Assembly (NCBI GenBank): GCA_043739185.1
Contig: JAYUEN010000104.1
Location: forward strand, 1 to 19,637
DNA from: Bdellovibrionales bacterium
Lineage (GTDB): Bacteria; Bdellovibrionota; Bdellovibrionia; Bdellovibrionales; JAMPXM01
DNA length: 19,637 nt
Reading direction: 5' to 3'
In this document: positions 15,579 through 19,637 of the stretch, one piece after another
How the letters are laid out: every line of letters begins with the position of its first letter
Numbering within the stretch: the stretch's first letter is position 1
Program-made: the position numbers and the translations under genes
Notes under the pieces: model-generated
Told to the model about the DNA's origin: nothing
Databases searched by the model: none
What the model saw: the letters and a program-made list of their open reading frames with translations, nothing else

Positions 15579-17411
15579 TCAAATCAATCTTTTTTTGGTA
15601 TTCATCCATTCGGTCATGACTTTTTCAAGTACATCCATCGGAAGAGCTCCGTGGCGCAAAAGTTCATCATGAAATTCGCGTACATCAAATTTTTCGCCCA
15701 ATGCGTCCTTTGCCCGCGTTCTTAACTCCAAAAATTTGAGTTGTCCCACTTTATATGCGAGCGCTTGACCCGGCCATGTAACATAGCGATCAATTTCAAC
15801 TTCAACTTCTAACTGAGATTTCGGAAGCAGAGTTTTCATATAATCAATAGCCTTTTGCCGTGGCCAAGACTTAGCGTGCATGCCGGTATCTACTACCAAG
15901 CGAACCGCCCGCCACATTTCATAAGTGAGCTCTCCGTACTTTGAATACGGGTCTTTGTAAAATCCCATTTCTTCACCCAAGCGCTCAGCATAGAGTCCCC
16001 AGCCTTCAATAAATGCCGTATAGCCACCCTCGGTTCGAAACTTCGGAATGTCTTTTAGCTCCTGAGCAATTGCGATTTGAAAGTGATGGCCCGGTACAGA
16101 TTCATGCATGGTAAGAGCTTCCATCGCCCATTTTGGCCGTGCATTTAAATCATATGTATTGGCGGTAAAGAATCCGGCTCGGCCAGACTCCAAACTTCCT
16201 TGTTCATAATAAGCGCCTGGGCTCTCTTTGGCCTTAAACTCTGGCATTTCACGAACTCCATAACTCAAGCGAGGCAGAGTCTTAAATAATTTTGGAAGTT
16301 CTGGATCAATCTTTTTCGCGATGCTTCGATAAGAATCAAGCAGTTCGTCTTTTTGTTTGAAATAAAATTTCGCATCGGTCAGCAAATATTTATTGAATTC
16401 TTCGCTACTTCCTTTGAATTTCATTTCTTCGCGAAGCTTCGTCATTTCTCCTGAAATTCTAGCAACTTCTTTTAGACCCAGATCGTGAAGTTGATCTGGA
16501 GTCAAATCAGTTGTCGTCTGTGTTTTCACATTATAAGCATACCAAGCTTTTCCGTTTGGCATTTCACTTAGCGCAATGTTTTCACGCGCACCAGGAATGT
16601 ATTCATCAACCACAAACTTTTTGAGCTCCCGCAGACTAGGATAAACTTTTGTTCTTATAGCTTCTTTTGCAAGAGCCTGAATATTTTGTTTTTCTGCTGT
16701 CGACAATGACGAATTGATTTCTTTGAAAACTTCATAGTAAGGAGAGCTTTCGATATTTTCAGTTAGCAAATGATCAAACTGCGCGGGCACTGATTTTAAA
16801 AACATCTTCACCGCAGTGATTTTCTTTTTTAAGCCTTCTTTTAACAATACTTCCTCTTGGCTGATGAGGCTAGGATAGGCATCCAATCGTGATATCATAT
16901 TTTGATAATCTTTAAAACTAGCAGCTGGCATGGTAACAAGTATATCAGCCAAAGCTTGATGAGGCCCGCCAAGCTGATCAAGTACCAAATACTCTGCCCC
17001 AAATTTTTGACCTTCAATTGAAACCTCAAGATTGCGCTTTGCCAGATCGAAATTGATTTTATCTTCACCCTTCAATTGATTCGCCGAAATTCCTCTTAAG
17101 ATTTCAAGCTGACAAAAGCTTTCTTTTTTTCGCCGAGCTATGGCTTCAAGTGACTGATCTGTCCAGCGGTCATTTTGACCTGGCTCTCCCGCATAGGTCG
17201 CCCATTCTGGATACTCATGCATCAGATACTTCCATTGAGTTGCGAGAAAGCGATTTAGCTTGTCGTGTGCACTCCCGTTGATTACCGAATTTTTAAGTTG
17301 CTCACATATTGTGGTATTTGCCTCTGCCCGCGCAGTGTTTGCGGCACTAGATAAAACAATTGAGAGACCTATGAGCACAGAAACCAGAAAGTGAGAAAGA
17401 AATGCTTTCAT
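15579..17411 (-). CDS. DUF885 family protein (putative exported metallopeptidase)
   Basis: PEWATYAG, LTPDQLHDLGLKEV, HESVPGHHFQ, AFIEGWGLYAE, MWRAVRLVVDTGMH, EIDRY..WPGQALAYKVG and FDVREFHD. Signal peptide and GGAG RBS are present. Confidence 0.93.
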   Translation of the reverse strand: MKAFLSHFLVSVLIGLSIVLSSAANTARAEANTTICEQLKNSVINGSAHDKLNRFLATQWKYLMHEYPEWATYAGEPGQNDRWTDQSLEAIARRKKESFCQLEILRGISANQLKGEDKINFDLAKRNLEVSIEGQKFGAEYLVLDQLGGPHQALADILVTMPAASFKDYQNMISRLDAYPSLISQEEVLLKEGLKKKITAVKMFLKSVPAQFDHLLTENIESSPYYEVFKEINSSLSTAEKQNIQALAKEAIRTKVYPSLRELKKFVVDEYIPGARENIALSEMPNGKAWYAYNVKTQTTTDLTPDQLHDLGLKEVARISGEMTKLREEMKFKGSSEEFNKYLLTDAKFYFKQKDELLDSYRSIAKKIDPELPKLFKTLPRLSYGVREMPEFKAKESPGAYYEQGSLESGRAGFFTANTYDLNARPKWAMEALTMHESVPGHHFQIAIAQELKDIPKFRTEGGYTAFIEGWGLYAERLGEEMGFYKDPYSKYGELTYEMWRAVRLVVDTGMHAKSWPRQKAIDYMKTLLPKSQLEVEVEIDRYVTWPGQALAYKVGQLKFLELRTRAKDALGEKFDVREFHDELLRHGALPMDVLEKVMTEWMNTKKRLI

Positions 17412-17489
17412 TTAATTATACTCCAATTCATTGAAAGGGACTTTGTTTTTCAAAAGCCTAATGAGGACATCACAACTTGTTAGGAGAGG

Positions 17490-18488
17490 TCAATTGTCAA
17501 AGTCTTGATTTTTTCGTTTACGCCTTTTGCCATGGGCTTGAGGCTTTGAATGGCTCGGACCATTCTGCCGTGGTGAAGCTCTATGAAGATTGTTTAAATG
17601 TTGCGGGCCTTGATTTCTTGGCGCCATATTTTGTGAGTTGAAACGGCCCCCATTTTGACTCGGCAGGGCTTGGGGCGGACGCTGTCTTTGCTCTGGTCTT
17701 TGCTCTGGTCTTTGCATTTCATGCCGACTAACGCCGTTCAAATTAGGCGGTCGAATGATGCGAGAGTGATTCGGAAAATTCGACCATACAATCGACCCAG
17801 TATGAAAAATTGGATTTTTAAGTTCCGAGCTCGAAATCACCTGAATACTTGGCGAAACCGCCGTAATAAATTTTTGGTTTTCAAGCGAATTAGGTGCAAA
17901 GGCATTAGGCCCTGACAAAACCACAATTTGCTTTTGGTAAGCCACATACTGCCGAGTTGCCAAAACGTAACTGCTCTCATCATCAGTTGCCGCTCGTTCT
18001 GGTGGTGGCGCAAACTGCTCAGGAGGTGTCACCTCTGCTAAATTTGCAACATTCGGAAGCTCACCGGTTTCAATGAGCTCTTGGTACTTTCGAAGCTGTT
18101 CGGTAAACGCTTGACTCGCAAGCTCCTGAATGTCTTTTGGTTGAAGGCTTTTTTTCGCGCTCTCGCAAATTTGAAATTCCAAACCAATTTTAATATAGGA
18201 GTAAAATATTCCCTTCTCAATTTCCTCACTATAGCGATCCTCAATGCGCGTGCCTTTTGGAATGATCGAACATTCATTCGCCAAATCCTCAAGAGCTAAG
18301 CCTTCTGCTTTGAATTGCGCTCGGTCGACGCTGCCTGAGCTCGCCTTTGCCACATACACCAAATAACCGCTGTCGACGCTTCTGGCGGGCTGATGAATCC
18401 AAGATGGAACTTCAGATACGACTGGGGCTTGAGCACAACTCCAAAGTATAAATTGAAAAAAACAGATTAGAGTGAAATTCATCTTCAT
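17490..18488 (-). CDS. Putative lipoprotein (LPP20-like N-domain) with disordered Pro/Gln/Arg-rich tail
   Basis: Lipobox-like LWSC followed by VPSW...YLVYVA.....AQFKAEGLALEDLA, with a low-complexity C-terminus. Confidence 0.65.
   Translation of the reverse strand: MKMNFTLICFFQFILWSCAQAPVVSEVPSWIHQPARSVDSGYLVYVAKASSGSVDRAQFKAEGLALEDLANECSIIPKGTRIEDRYSEEIEKGIFYSYIKIGLEFQICESAKKSLQPKDIQELASQAFTEQLRKYQELIETGELPNVANLAEVTPPEQFAPPPERAATDDESSYVLATRQYVAYQKQIVVLSGPNAFAPNSLENQKFITAVSPSIQVISSSELKNPIFHTGSIVWSNFPNHSRIIRPPNLNGVSRHEMQRPEQRPEQRQRPPQALPSQNGGRFNSQNMAPRNQGPQHLNNLHRASPRQNGPSHSKPQAHGKRRKRKNQDFDN
17684..17715 (-). repeat. 12-bp coding tandem repeat (QRPE)
   Basis: GTCTTTGCTCTG x2 followed by GTCTTTGC. 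Confidence 0.8.
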
Positions 18489-18670
18489 TTCTCAAGCCTA
18501 ACGTGAGAATAAAATTTGATCAAGATATGCGCGCGCTTTGCCGCTTATGAGAATGGTGAATAACTAATAAGAAATCCCATCAATGCAGTTGACATTATGC
18601 CAGGCCAACTCTATTTACAGACTTCTTTTTAGCCCTTCATTCTAGTTTTTCACCTTTCTTAAGGAGTCTT

Positions 18671-19637
18671 ATGCTCGGAAGCTTTGGCATTCTTTTAAGC
18701 TTGTGCCTGCTGATGTTTATGGCTTACCGGGGATTTTCGGTAATCTTTTTTGCACCGGTTTTTGCTTTGCTTGCTGCTGCCATCGCTGGCCTTTCAATTT
18801 TGCCAACCTATACTGAGATTTTTTTGCCGCAGTTAGCAGGTTACGTAAAAGTTTATTTTCCATTTTTTCTGTTGGGCGCGGTTTTCGGAAAATTGATGGA
18901 GCAGTCGGGTTCAGCCGACTCAATTGCTCATTCAATCACTTCAAAATTGGGCACCAAGCACGCTATGCTCGCGGTGGTTTTATCCTGTGCCGTTTTAACT
19001 TACGGCGGGGTCAGCTTGTTCGTTGTGGCTTTTGCGGTTTATCCTTTTGCAAATTCAATTTTCAAAGACGCCGATATTCCAAAACGATTGTTGCCTCCCA
19101 CCATAGCTCTTGGCGCTTTTACCTTTACCATGGATGCCCTTCCCGGAACTCCACAAATTCAAAACTCCATTCCCATGAAGTTTTTTAATACCGACCTCTA
19201 CGCCGCCCCCGTCTTCGGCTTGATTGGTGCCATTCTCATCTTTACTGGCGGCATGATTTATCTCGAATCGCAAAGACGAAAATTAAAATCGATGGGCGAG
19301 GGCTACGGCAAATCACTGGCAAGTGAGGCGACTTCTCTAAAGAAAAAAGAGCTCCCGCCAATTTACTTAGCCGCTTTGCCGCTCCTATGCGTATTGCTGG
19401 TGACTCTCATTCTACAAAAAGTGGTCTTTACTCATTGGAAGATCGCCGAATGGGCTACTCTTGCTCCCTATAAAATGAATCCAGAAACGCTTCAAGGGAC
19501 CATGAATAATTGGGCACTCATGATTGGTTTGGTGAGTGGCATTCTCCTTACTTCTATGTTGAATTTTAAGAGAATGAAAACCAGCTTCGCTGCCGCTATT
19601 AGTGCGGGTGCCACCGGCTCGCTATTAGCTGTGATGA
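18671..19637 (+). CDS. GntP-family permease, 3-hydroxybutyrate-permease-like subgroup, 3'-partial
   Basis: Not in the ORF track because it has no stop in the window. AAGGAG RBS precedes ATG 18671. It translates as MLGSFGILLSLCLLMFMAYRGFSVIFFAP...FLLGAVFGKLME.SG.A..IA...LTYGGVSLFVVAFAVYP...IPKRLLPPTIALGAFTFTMDALPGTPQIQN.IP. Confidence 0.9.
   Translation, partial: MLGSFGILLSLCLLMFMAYRGFSVIFFAPVFALLAAAIAGLSILPTYTEIFLPQLAGYVKVYFPFFLLGAVFGKLMEQSGSADSIAHSITSKLGTKHAMLAVVLSCAVLTYGGVSLFVVAFAVYPFANSIFKDADIPKRLLPPTIALGAFTFTMDALPGTPQIQNSIPMKFFNTDLYAAPVFGLIGAILIFTGGMIYLESQRRKLKSMGEGYGKSLASEATSLKKKELPPIYLAALPLLCVLLVTLILQKVVFTHWKIAEWATLAPYKMNPETLQGTMNNWALMIGLVSGILLTSMLNFKRMKTSFAAAISAGATGSLLAVM

Noticed and set aside
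17655..18299. Short ORFs within the lipoprotein gene
   Set aside because: They are alternative-frame or antisense shadows.
18717..19273. Two minus-strand 72-aa ORFs
   Set aside because: They are antisense to the GntP-family permease.

Overview
A gene-dense bacterial chromosomal window with 19 CDSs (2 run off the window ends). I found no rRNA, tRNA, CRISPR array or mobile element. It probably comes from a Bdellovibrionota-like predator; this is an inference from the MCP tip variant [13 protein letters not shown], an RxPAS motif and about ten short signal-peptide proteins. Recognisable genes are an outer-membrane beta-barrel (partial), a class I SAM methyltransferase, an extracellular PHB depolymerase, LplA, a CBS-pair protein, an ETHE1-type persulfide dioxygenase, an MCP, a NUDIX hydrolase, a DUF885 peptidase-like protein, an LPP20-like lipoprotein and a GntP-family permease (partial, missed by the ORF track). 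The best novelty candidate is an orphan PilB/GspE-type ATPase (9950-12601). Its N-terminus is a tandem duplication of [cNMP-binding domain + MshEN/N1D C-subdomain], with non-canonical ligand pockets and no c-di-GMP motif. It is transcribed divergently from the chemoreceptor, with sigma28-like promoters between them. Other points of interest are a secreted protein with three OB-fold-like repeats, a possible PHB-scavenging pair, sigma54-type promoters on secreted orphans, structured leaders and a Pro/His-rich repeat protein.
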